A stretch of 54,877 nt of DNA from Bigelowiella natans CCMP2755 (Eukaryota > Protista > Cercozoa). The DNA is taken from contig ADNK01001011.1 of assembly GCA_000320545.1 (NCBI GenBank), forward strand, positions 1 to 54,877. The letters are read 5' to 3'. The translations under genes and the position numbers were made by a program. Below are positions 1 to 12,785 of this stretch, piece by piece (position 1 is the first letter of the stretch; the number at the start of each line of letters is the position of its first letter). The notes beneath the pieces are model-generated. The model did no database searches, was not told the origin of the DNA, and saw only the letters and a program-made list of their open reading frames with translations.

Positions 1-30
<30 letters not shown>
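1..30. repeat. (AC)n microsatellite, intronic
   Basis: Perfect AC tract visible directly. Confidence 0.95.
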
Positions 31-32
<2 letters not shown>

Positions 33-156
33 CACAATACATACAAATCCGAAGGTTCTCTTGCTCTCGTTGTTGTTGTTCTTCCTCTTCATTATCACCA
101 TCATCCTCTTCTCCCATTAATGGCTCCTCCTCTCTCCTCTCCCTCACCACCATTAG

Positions 157-1313
157 CGGCCGTACACAAGCGCATGCGACATATGGTCGAGTGGCATCAT
201 CCTCTTCGTAATGAGAGTCGGTCACCCTCCTCTTCTGGTATATCGTAGCATGCTGCATATAAAATAGATAATAATAATGACAAGCCATAGGGTGATATGT
301 GTATTGTTATCATTGAAGGCAGCAGCAGTTGCAGGCCGTTGGAAACACATCATACGAATTTCTCTGTTTAGCTAACACGGTGTGGGGTGCTGCGGTGAGG
401 TGGATTGAAGCAAGTGATGATGATCGATGATGATGACGGTGGTAATATTTATTATTATCTTCTGTCTTCAACTCTTTCCACCCCCCCACCCCCCTAACCC
501 CACTCCTACACCCCTTCTTCTCCAGGAGCCAACAAGCAATGACAAGTTGTTTCAGTGCCTCGTGCGCGGTGATTATGCACGATTTTGGGCGTTTCATATC
601 CATCAGCTACGTGATAGTCATACGATGAAGCAGCGACAGAAGAAAGAGGGAGAGGGGGAAGGAGGGGGGGGAGGAGGAGGCGGGAGCAGCTCCAACGACT
701 GTGATAGAGATTCTGCTGGTGCTGCAAAGATTGAGATGTCCAATGACTTCAAGGAATTGGTGAAGTCGCTTCTCTCTGTTACTGCTAATGAGCGTATTAG
801 GCTCGATGAAATTAAGGTAGCGGAGGAAATAAGCAAGCGGTGGCATCGATGGTGATGGTGATGGTGATGATGATGATGATGATGATGATGGACAACAGTC
901 CAGCAAAAGAACTTCATATTGCAACAACAGTAGCAGTAGCAGCATAGTCTTAGAGGGACCTGATTGCATCCTCCGATGCTCTCCTCTCCCTCTTCTTCAT
1001 TCCAAGATCGCTCCCCCATGTTTTTTTATTGTTTGCTTCTTTTTTTTTTGTGTGTTTCTTCATTGACTTCCTTTACCCCCTTCTTTCTCCCCCATCCTTG
1101 TAATTGCCGTTAAAAGCAAAGCAAATGGTTTTGTGGACGCATACTTTCCCCTAGCGAGCTCTCCGATATACTCAGCTCGACGACGACAGACACGACAAAA
1201 AATACTAGCAAAGAACACAACCAAGCTGCAAGAGAGGGAGGAGGAGGAAGAAGAGGGGAGGGGGGGTTGACCGCGCATCAGTGTCAGCACGAGCGCGACT
1301 ACGATAATGATGA

Positions 1314-1345
<32 letters not shown>

Positions 1346-2745
1346 ATAATGACGACGATCATGAGAATTCAAGACCAGTAGCAGCAGCAGTACGGCGTAA
1401 TGCGACATCAGCGAAGAATAGTCGTGACCCCCTGAGTCTAACGTCTGATGATGATGATGATGGGTATGTAAGATTCGTGGTTAGTTGATTATTCTCCACC
1501 TCCTCCCCCTCCTTTCTTTCTTTCTGTTCTATTCTGGAATGCATGCGTGTGTGTGTGTGTGTGTGTGTGTTTGTGTGCGTGTGTGTTTCATGGGTTTTAG
1601 TTGTCGCCTCCTCACACCCACGGTTCAGGAGACACAGGGCAAGAAGTGGGGAGGGGGCAGGGCTGCGGGGAAGAAGGGGGGATTTGTATCGAGATGAAAG
1701 CGACATTTAATTGATATTATCATTCTCACCAGAGCAATGAAGGCAGCAGCAGCGCCAATGGAAGTCATCATCGTCGTATCCACCGACGGTTCGTTGTTGT
1801 TATGTCGTGTCTCTCACGCGACACCGCCGCGCGCAGGATCTCGACACAACTGAAGTCCATGCATTCCGCCGGTTAGTTATCGCCACGCGTTTGATCATCA
1901 TCCTTCATCATTATCATCATCATTATCATCATCATTATCATCATCATCATCTTCTTCATCATCATCGTCACATCCGCCACCACCTACCTCCATCCGCGTC
2001 ATTTTTTACGGCTCGATATAACCTAAATCGCCGCCATCACAAACATCAACAGGGGTACGTTACTCGAAGCATGGAAGCTATCACTTTGATGTGAGGATAC
2101 CGCTATGTACGACGCGACCAACCCCCTCCTCTCTTGCCAGCTCCTCCTCTTCTACGGCTGACACGAAACGAGGTAGGCTGTCCAAGCGCGAAAGGATGAA
2201 GGCCCGGAGGAAAAAGAAGAAGAAGATGCTCAGCAGGAAGAAGTATAGCGATGATGAAGATAGTCAAGATCACGACGGTGAGTGTGCATTGAATATTGAG
2301 TTGATAAATAATTTATGCACACATTAATATAATTATATATATGTACCATGCCAATTTGCTTATGCATACCATCGGCACATGACGGCACTCATAACCAACA
2401 GAGAAGGAGGAGAAGCCGGCCTCTCCCCCCCCTACGACAAAAGCGTCTGCAGGAGTGGTGATGGAGAGCTGTTCGATCACGGTTCTCCCACCATTATTGG
2501 ACCAAAAAAGTCAGGGTTTTCTTCGGATGTCGAGCCCAATCCCCTCCTCCTCCTCCTTCTCCTCCCCCCCCCCCCCCTCTCCCGTAGTTGCTCCTCCTGA
2601 TTCCACCACCATCATCACCTCCTCAAAGGGTACGACAAAACCCAGTCTAGCAACATCGATAGCGCTGTCGCGCGTGGAGTTTCAGCACGCTGACAATAAA
2701 CTCATCGATCAATTTCGAAGGACCCTTATTGCGTGTGAGGTGTGA
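157..2745 (+). CDS. Ser/Thr protein kinase (CAMK/AMPK-like), 3' part; multi-exon, 5' end outside the window
   Basis: Exon 157-237 reads RPYTSACDIWSSGIILFVMRVGHPPLL (subdomain IX, DxWSxG). Exon 526-816 ends ...FKELVKSLLSVTANERIRLDEIK and exon ~1117 begins QSKWF (subdomain XI). These junctions are GT-AG and in frame. Low-complexity C-terminal exons run to a stop at ~2745 and are less certain. Confidence 0.85.
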
Positions 2746-3237
2746 GCGTAGTGACGGACAAGAGAGTGTTCTAGCGCGAATTGATGGATGCACAGGATAG
2801 CATCGTCACCCACACGTCCTATCGATAATAATGGTAATAATGACCAGTGTACATAGTGTATGTGTAAAAAGTGGTTCTCTGTTGACCTTCCCCACACGGC
2901 ATTAATCCGTTAGAAGTAAGCTTTCGCATCGTGCGATAAAGAGTAGTTCCAGAAGTTAAGATCTGATCATTCTATTGTAATAACCGTGATGAGGATATAT
3001 TTCTCCGGAGGTATAAGAGATGTAAATCACAGCTTTGATGCACAACGCTCATTAATTGTAAAGAAAAGTAAAAGTTATTCTTGCCATACTTATTGCGCGT
3101 GCTAGCGTGGCAGAGTCAGAAAAGGCCTTTCTATTTCTAATTTCATAAATGACGAGGCATAGTCTAGATAGTGACCATAAAAGTACACTGTACAACCTTA
3201 TGTCACTGTTCGCAGCACGCAACGGCGCAAGATGACA

Positions 3238-3270
<33 letters not shown>

Positions 3271-3698
3271 TGCATACAGCGCAGGCAGCAGACTCTGTAA
3301 TAAGCTCCTTGGCGCAAACAATAAAGGATTCATTCCGTGTGTTGGCGAGTGGGATCATCAGCAGCAAAATTTGTGCAACAGCGCACAATGTAGCTAGAAA
3401 ATCATCCTCATGTACAATGAACGTTCGAATTAAATATAATATGCTGCAAACGCTAAAAACATTTATTTGCCGATATGCTTGTTCCACCTCGATTCCTCGA
3501 AGAGAAAATTATGCGGGCGAGATGTTATCTACAGGTTGTTTCCCGTTCACAAGTTCTGGCACAACTTTCTATCCTTAAAATTGTAGCGTTTCTCGATAGT
3601 CATTTTCCCCGTGCAACAACCGTAGTGCAAATAGTAAGATAGCAAAGCTATGCTTCTGCTGCTACTGCTGCTGTCTCACACACCAGCCACCCCATATT

Positions 3699-3800
3699 CT
3701 AAACTTTGACGACGACCTTTCCTAATGTCCGACCGGTTTTTAACTCTCGAATGGCATTTGGGAGATCTTCGAAGCTGCAGAGGCATGATTGAATAGATCA

Positions 3801-3874
<74 letters not shown>

Positions 3875-4345
3875 TGGGGGGGGGGGAGGGAAGGGGTTAG
3901 AGATAGAGAGATACAAATATTTTTTCCATAAGCATTGATGGAAAACTGGCATGCCTATCGATGTGTTCTTCCTCCTCGTTGTCACATCGCCCACAAACTA
4001 ACCCAAAGTTTTCGCCGACATGTGGAGGGTCCAGCTCCATATCGATGAGGGTATCTAAGGAAGATATGACGTATTGCGATTGAATCGCTTTGATATGTGC
4101 GGGGTTCGTTCAGAGTTGTTACCGAGCAGTGGCGTTAGCTTTTCCACACGGTCAAACATCCATATCAAGTTGAACCCAATCACGCCCTAAACAACAACAA
4201 GAAGAACATCATTACAGAAGCACCAAGCAGCAGTAACAAAACAACGACATAATAATTAATGGAAGACTCTAAAGGAATTCGTACAAGATAATCGAGCAAA
4301 TATGCCGGACGAAGAGATCCGTTTGATGTTCCATCTGCTGCATTC

Positions 4346-4391
<46 letters not shown>

Positions 4392-4514
4392 CGCTCGCTA
4401 CACTCCCTCTCTGCCTCTTTCCACTCGCAGGTACCTTATTCGCGGAGGGCAGTGCCATGACGTCAACTTTTGGCCTCCGTAGGTATTTCCAAATCTTTTC
4501 AAAAGGAAATAAGC

Positions 4515-4565
<51 letters not shown>

Positions 4566-4671
4566 GAGAGAGGGAGAAAGAGAACGTGTGTATTATGGTA
4601 CACCGTTCAAATATTTATATTTCCCGGATAACATACGCTACTACTACTGCTACTTATACTGCTGCTGCTGG

Positions 4672-4707
<36 letters not shown>

Positions 4708-4916
4708 GAGTAGTAATAGTAGTAGTGGTACCAATTTTGGCCAATCTATGCGGTCCTTTGTTGGGGTGAAATCGGCAGATCCGAAGGTGACAAAGCGCCC
4801 ACCGCGTGCGACGACGGAAAACATGTCTTCGAAGTACGCCCCTCCTATAGCGTCCATCACCACGTCGAACCCCTATTGTTCGCGTGCACGTATTCATAAC
4901 TTTGTGTATGAGTATA

Positions 4917-4962
<46 letters not shown>

Positions 4963-6123
4963 GTGTGTGTGTGTGTGTGGATAAAAGTAAGCATTATCAT
5001 CAGGCACTATCATCAACTTTTAAGAGCGACAAACCTCCTCCCTCCTCCCTATGAAATCAAGGGCATTATTGAGCTGTGCAGCAAATGTTATCGTCGGCGT
5101 CGACTTCTTCCTGCTCCTCCTCCTCCATATCCCAATGTTCGTCGCTCTTTCGCGTACAATTACCTTTGGGATTGGAGGAGGAGGGATATATTGAAGCTGC
5201 CACTACTTTTCTACTACAAAAACCAGCAGAGCGCAGGTTGATCCTAAAGCAGCTGCGACTCAACACCTTTCTTATCATCGCCACGATTTCCATCATCATA
5301 ATTATCCTTCTCCCCCTCCTCTTCCTCCTCATCATCATCACCATCATGTAATCATATTCCCCCCCCTGATATAATCGTCGATCTTTCTTTCTTTCATCGT
5401 CACCTGCTGTGGTTGGAGCCATGGAAATTTATCGATTAGAAACCGGCGCTTCCCTTCGCTGCTGACCGTCGTCACACACGACGCGCCGAGACCGAGGGCC
5501 TGGCAAATCTTAAGGCAAAACATTCCTACTCCTACAAAAAGTAGCACTTCATATCTTGTGTAGCACGTTGTCGTCGTTATGGCAGAAAATAGCAATGTTA
5601 ATAAATGAAATGCTCAGCATCAGCATATCTTACCACCAGCCCCGGAGCTTATGAGAACACTGTCTCCTAATACACCGAGTTGATGAGAAGGGGGGGGAGG
5701 GAGCAGGAGAAAGAGGATCTTTTCAATGTAGCGAGAGACAGACAGAGAGAGAGAGAGAAAGAGAGAGAGAGCATTGATTCTGCAATACGATGTTTGGCAA
5801 ACAATCTTAATCTTGCTAAACACGCCATCATGATGAAACGCCTAGGATGGAATATCTGACAGCATTCCAAGACTCTTACATCATGAGTAAATGTGACTCA
5901 TGTGGGAAAGTAGTGGCCTTAGATCTACCATAAGTCGTTCATCCTGCACGTATCACTACACACACTGTACCTAATATTACCTTGCTGAATGTTGCCTAGC
6001 TTCCGTAATCCATAGATGGCCGTCAGACCTATTTCATATAACAAGATACAACGTCATCAGCGGAAAGCAGTAGCGTCGAGGAAGATATGCGTTTGTGATG
6101 TCGGCCTGTTTAGGTGTTTATGC

Positions 6124-6166
<43 letters not shown>

Positions 6167-8444
6167 TCTCTCTCTATCTGTCTGTCTGGGTTCTTCTTAC
6201 TCATCACCCGACGGTTTGAATCAAATACATGCTTTTCCCAATGTCGGTTTACGGGTCTTATCTTAAGCAAGCCCTTACTTATCGGACCCCCCCCATTTTC
6301 ACCACCTTGAACCATAAAGCTAGCACCCTCCTCGAAGCTCCATGAGTCCGGAATTCGTCGGAGCAAGTTCTGAGAAGAGAGGCAGCTGACTGAGTAATGG
6401 GATGATGGTGTGAGGGTGCGTGTGTTTGCGTGTGTGTATGAGTCTTCTCTCTACCTCATTAGCGACTACACGTGACGAAAATGCGCCAAATCTAGGTTAT
6501 TGATGGCACATGCACAAACACAAGCACAAGCACAAACACAACATTTAAGTGAATATAACCTCTGCATGAAGTATCTGTTTTATTTTTCCCATTATCATCA
6601 TGATCATTGTCATCATCACTGTTTTGCTGTTGTTGTTGTTGTTGTTGTCGACGTCGTCGTCAAAATCCTCTCTTGATTCAGGAACGAGTTTACATGTTAT
6701 TTACTAGAATCAATCTGTAGGACATCTAACCATCATATATTCATCATGTTCCTCCCCTTCCTCATCATGATCATCATCACTGAAACCTTGTGACTCCCAT
6801 GACTCTATCTCCTACTTTCAAGCCCAAAGAGGACGATGAGGAGGTAGGCGCTGATGATAATGCTGCAATGTAAGCAACACGGGGATAAGAGTGAAGGACG
6901 GATAGGCTAATAACCTCGACCAAAAAAAAGTAGATGGGACCAAAAGTACAGAGCAGAGAGGGAGGGAGAGAGAGGGGGAGAGAGAGAGCGAAAGGGAGAG
7001 TGAATGTGAGCGATACAAATTGCTCTCATTTCGCACCCCCCCGATTTCACTTACCGGGTGGCACGTCCTCGATAATCCCCTAGTAACATCATCATAAGGG
7101 CTACTCAACGCATTGCTAGAGCAGCAAGGGAGGGAGACATAGACATGTGTAGCACCAAAAGCAAAGATGGAGTAAAATAGGGCTGAATTGTAGTGTGGAC
7201 CGTCAAATTTCACGCATCATAAAACATGATATATGTATATTACCGCGTATTCAAGGCCGGGAATGAAACCCCGCCCTTCCACGAATCCTTTGGGTATGTT
7301 TCACAGTAGTAGCACTTCAATAAAATTTATGTTTCGACAGAATCAATGTATAACTATATTATATACATCTAATGCTGTGTGTGTGTGTGTGTGTGTGTGT
7401 TGCTATCTGTCCTCTCTGTGATAACATACCAGGTTCTGAAGGCCTTGGTGTTGCCTTATAAAGTCCCAGCACCGAGAAGACATCCGCAAAGTTGAGACCA
7501 ACGGCTTTGACTCGCACCTGTACCTCGCCCGGGTTGAGTCTTGAACTAGTAGTAGTGCTCTGGTTACTGCTGTCATTGCTGCTGCTATTGCTGCTGCTTC
7601 TGGTGGTTGAGGTGTAAAGGGAATCTGTTCACAGTGAAATTATATTTGCGATGAATGGATTCGTTTTGGTCTGATGTACACCAATGAAATCGAGACTAAC
7701 ACAAATGCAAACGCCACGTTTGTTTGTGTGAGAGTTTTGTGTGTGTTTGCTTCAAGCATTTACATAGGATAAGATTGCACGACATGTAAAGCGTTAGCAC
7801 ACACGCATTGAGCCTGTACAAACTAAAAGAAGAGAGAAAATAACGCTTCAGCTAATATACTAAGCGTTGTTGAATCCAACATGTCTTCGCCTTTTGCATG
7901 GTAACAGCAACGTGAACGTACCTTTAAATATCATTAACCCAGCCACGTCACCTTTCTTTTGCCCCGAGTCAGCAGGGCTATACCTGTGCGTTGGTGGTTA
8001 CGAACGGTTATATTCATTTGTATTGGGCATGAAGGACTAAGACAACAGGATTTTGTATTCTTCGCTAATCATATCAGGGATGTGTTCGCTGTAGGACTGG
8101 GATGGACTTTGTCAGAAAGACTAGAAGGGAATATCGATTGTCTCGACAGGTTCATGGTACTATTAGCGCTTTTCTCTTATGTTGAAAAAATTGCTAGACC
8201 AGGACAATCGTTCAGGTCCTTGATTGCCCCCTATCTGTCTGATTTGCTCGCTTTCCATGGCGCAGCATGAAGTTCGAGGTGGAGACGTAGTCGCCCGACT
8301 GTATCTTGCATTCTTCATCACTGGTTTTATTGCCACACTAGCGCACCCCCTTCGCACATTGACAACGTTTCCAACGACCATTGTGATTAGGGCTGCTGTA
8401 AAACATGCTCTTATCGAGCTTGCGAGGTCTCCCCTAGCCACCAT
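3699..8444 (-). CDS. VAT-1-like medium-chain dehydrogenase/reductase (NADPH:quinone oxidoreductase family); multi-exon, probable N-terminal targeting leader
   Basis: Spliced exons give PGEVQVRVKAVGLNFADVFSVLGLY, FIPGLEYAG, RFGAFSSRVV, LLRRIPDSWSFEEGASFMVQ, GDSVLISSGAGG, MDAIGGAYFEDMFSVVARGGRFVTFGSA, VIGFNLIWMFD and FEDLPNAIRELKTGRTLGKVVVKV* (stop 3699-3701). The start at 8444 is tentative. Confidence 0.85.
3802..3868. repeat. Compound (CA)n(GA)n microsatellite in an intron
   Basis: Visible directly, and representative of dozens of similar tracts in introns between 1 and 25 kb. Confidence 0.95.
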
Positions 8445-8896
8445 TTCTTCTACTCGCCTTTCTTCTCCCGGCTCGGAGGGCCCTTTTTTGAGTTGTCAAT
8501 TAATCACAAGCGATTTATACAGGACGACTACCAAAACATCCTTGTCGCAGTATTAAAACACCCGATTTCGCAGTTTTATCTCGGAAATCTGTCGCTCGGG
8601 AAAAGAAAATGGTTTGGTAGTGCATGCAGAGCAGAATTTATATCTGGGACGTTTCTATCAGATATTTCCTGCATGTTTATGAACATGTACGAGAAATAAC
8701 TTCGAATTCAGAAACGGTCAGCTAAATGACACTGAGTAATATTTTAGGATATATCTCGTTATAATAATGAAGATTTTGCCCGCTCCATCTTCCGATCCAT
8801 CCAACGGCTTCATGCGACGATGCCGATAGCTGGGCTGGGGAACCTGAAGTGGAGTGTTGCTAAGGCTCGTACCTCTTCTCCCCTTTCCTTGAAACC

Positions 8897-9900
<1,004 letters not shown>

Positions 9901-10673
9901 AGTGTGCAAATGGACGGATAGCATAAGGAAAGTTTTAATCAATGATATTGTAATTCGCAAAACACATATATGTTGATCACTAGTGTCTATCTAAAGATCT
10001 TTATTGCTTCTTTCTATGATGTATAGTCTCCATTATATACTTATAGTGTGCACGTTCTTCAAATTACATACAAGAAGCGTTGTCGTATTTCACATAAAAG
10101 CGCAAGATGACTTCCCAAGCCTCAGTGATCCATTGTGCATCCTGCAATGTAGCACGCACAACTACAAGCGAATTTCAGTCCAACGCACATAGCACAAATC
10201 GTACGTGCAGAGATCAACAGCAATAAGAGCTAAGCAGCCAAAGTGCGGCCTGCCTTGTGCGTAGCGTAGTCTATAAGTCTTCACGCATCGCACACAAGAG
10301 GGCATATATGCCTGCACGCACGTACTGACGATGTCTTGCAGATGTCCACACTTGCGCCACACATTTGCATGCACAGTTAGATGGGGTCTCGGTGCTTGCA
10401 TACACATGTAGGCATGCAAAACAATCAAGAAAAGTCACGCATTACAAGCATGTCATGCTAGATGTGTGGTCTAGTGGTGGTACGGTAGCTTTCTGCACAT
10501 TGTTGACTTCACATCGAACAACTTGTGTCCATGTGATTTGCTAAGCTCGCTATGACATTTGTTCACATGGCTAGATGGTCAAAAATACATGCTCACAAAA
10601 AATCATCATTTTGCGCCTGCTAGATCTACGACTATCATTGCTCGCAGTGCCATTGTCGTCATTGACCATTTAA

Positions 10674-11720
10674 TCACAAGATTGACATGCCAAGCGTGCA
10701 CAGTGCGATGCCAAAATATCTCCTGAGGTCTACAAAAGAAGATTTGTGTGGGTTTACCTTGCCCTCAATTTCTTCATCCCTAAGAGATTTGAACACGATA
10801 CGGAGCATAGCCTCCACAATCCTCCATGCAGTGTACACGACTATGGTGTTCAATCGTTTTTCTGGTTCGAGTAAGAACGCGCTAACTGAAATTGCAGATG
10901 TGATGATGGTATGCCGCAATCTCATCAATATTGTGCGTTTGTCCTTCTTTCCAGCGATAATTTGTTCAAAAATTGGGTAATAAATCAACGCACATGGAAG
11001 GATAGTCAGCACAAGTGATGTCCGCAGTACCCTTAGGGTTGTGTCGGGGACCCGAGCTAGAAGGTATATGAGCGTGCTCTTACGATGAAGTGAGTTGCGG
11101 ACAGAAAATAACAATGAAATGCCGTATATTAAAGACACCACGCTGGACTGGGCAAGGAAAATGCGCTTTATCTTCGAGAAAAATTTATCCTTTTCCTCAT
11201 CCGAGAGCACGCCCGACAATGCTTGGGGAAATTCCTTGGCATCCGAACCGAAGCACTGCATATAATCGGAGAAAGAGAAATCGGGTATAATGGAAGTCCA
11301 AAGTCGTATGTAGCTTGGGGACATCCAATCCGCCCTCGATGTCATAAAATAATTGTGGACGAGATGGAGTGCTACGAGCGCCTCCAAAGACAAATGCCTT
11401 CGTCCAGTGTATTTAGTAAGGCGGTGGAGAACGACAAGAAGGCCTTGATTCCAAGTGAATGCTCTCGATGCAGTTTGTGCAGCTGTGGTAGCAAGAATCT
11501 CCACAGCAAGACCATAAGTAGATTTTTTGTTGGCGAGCAATGCGGCATTGATTGCCAACTTCCCGACCCTCCTTATGCCAAAATAGACGACGTAAAAGTG
11601 CACATACTTCTGCAACCTAAGTCTGAGGGCAGAAAGCTTTTCCCTGATAGAGAGCCTCCGAGAGCCCACGATGCTGGCAACCTTCACACATTCATTGACA
11701 GCAACCAGTCGCGACGACAT
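10674..11720 (-). CDS. TMEM135-like (PMP52-like) multi-pass membrane protein, intronless
   Basis: 348-aa ORF with several hydrophobic segments. Motifs WMSPSYIRLW and LLEPEKRLNTIVVYTAWRIVEAM resemble the TMEM135 family patterns (LxxSY..F; LExxxRRxELxxYxxxRxxE). Confidence 0.6.
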   Translation of the reverse strand: MSSRLVAVNECVKVASIVGSRRLSIREKLSALRLRLQKYVHFYVVYFGIRRVGKLAINAALLANKKSTYGLAVEILATTAAQTASRAFTWNQGLLVVLHRLTKYTGRRHLSLEALVALHLVHNYFMTSRADWMSPSYIRLWTSIIPDFSFSDYMQCFGSDAKEFPQALSGVLSDEEKDKFFSKIKRIFLAQSSVVSLIYGISLLFSVRNSLHRKSTLIYLLARVPDTTLRVLRTSLVLTILPCALIYYPIFEQIIAGKKDKRTILMRLRHTIITSAISVSAFLLEPEKRLNTIVVYTAWRIVEAMLRIVFKSLRDEEIEGKVNPHKSSFVDLRRYFGIALCTLGMSIL

Positions 11721-12234
11721 CGTGCTCCAGCAGCGTGGAGCGGGACCTGTACTTGCTGAAGGAAGGTAGCGCCGAATGTCTTGTCGCAGTGATAAATTAC
11801 CTTCTGTTTTTTTTGAAGACTTGAAGATTTGCGAGATGAAGGGCGTTTTTTGACAGAAAAGGGGCGTGCGTGCCCAATACTGAGATCATGGGAAAATCAA
11901 GACCTTCATACATTATCGGTGAAAGCCAATCGTGACAAAAAACAATCAATATTCAATATGCGACATCAAAATATATGTAGTAATAACTCAAAAAGAGGTA
12001 TTTTTCGCGCTCAGAAAGTCGTGCTCGGCCTGAAATTCATTGCCTCTGCCGACCGCCGCGCGCTCGTTCGCCATCACCGCGCGCCCAAGGGCAGAGTCCA
12101 GGCAGGTAAACGGGTAGTTTGCGGAGGGTAGGGATTCATCTAATGGGTATCTCGAGATTGTTTCTCTTAAATTTGACGCTCTGAATTTATAACATAAAAG
12201 CGGGAGCTCAATCGAGAAGCGCCTGCTGGCCGAT

Positions 12235-12740
12235 ATGTCAATCGTAAATGATACTCAAGGAAGGGAGACGGCGCGGGGAATGTACGCGCTCTCCCAAACA
12301 AGTGATATTGATGCCCCGCCACAGCTAGTGGAACAAGATACGATACTTCCTTCTTACGAGGACCGCCTGAGAAATAGCCCGATTGCCAGTTATACGAAGG
12401 TAGCTATTCCTTCCAAAGACTTTTCACTCTTTTCGGAACAAATGGTAGAGTCTCTGCGGCCATTCGATCCTTGGTCTTGCAGAGCAAATTTTAGAGACTG
12501 TTGCCTGTTGAATCCGTTGGCGTGGCTTGCTTTTTTACCTCCGCAAGAGAAATTCGCTCACCGCTCGTTTGGATTTTGTTCTTAATAGGAGCCAGAAAAC
12601 CCCCAAAACCATCATGGAGGTTTGACTAATAACCCTAGCCAGAACTTTGGAAGCCACCAACAGGAGATTAATGAAGAAAATCCGGAGCACCTCCTCGCGT
12701 ATGAACACCAACCTTATTTATTTCATTTTCCCGAAGATAG

Positions 12741-12785
<45 letters not shown>

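Noticed and set aside
3171-3578. 135-aa ORF between the kinase and the oxidoreductase
   Set aside because: It includes a (TAT)n tract, has no recognisable motif, and sits in convergent 3' intergenic DNA.
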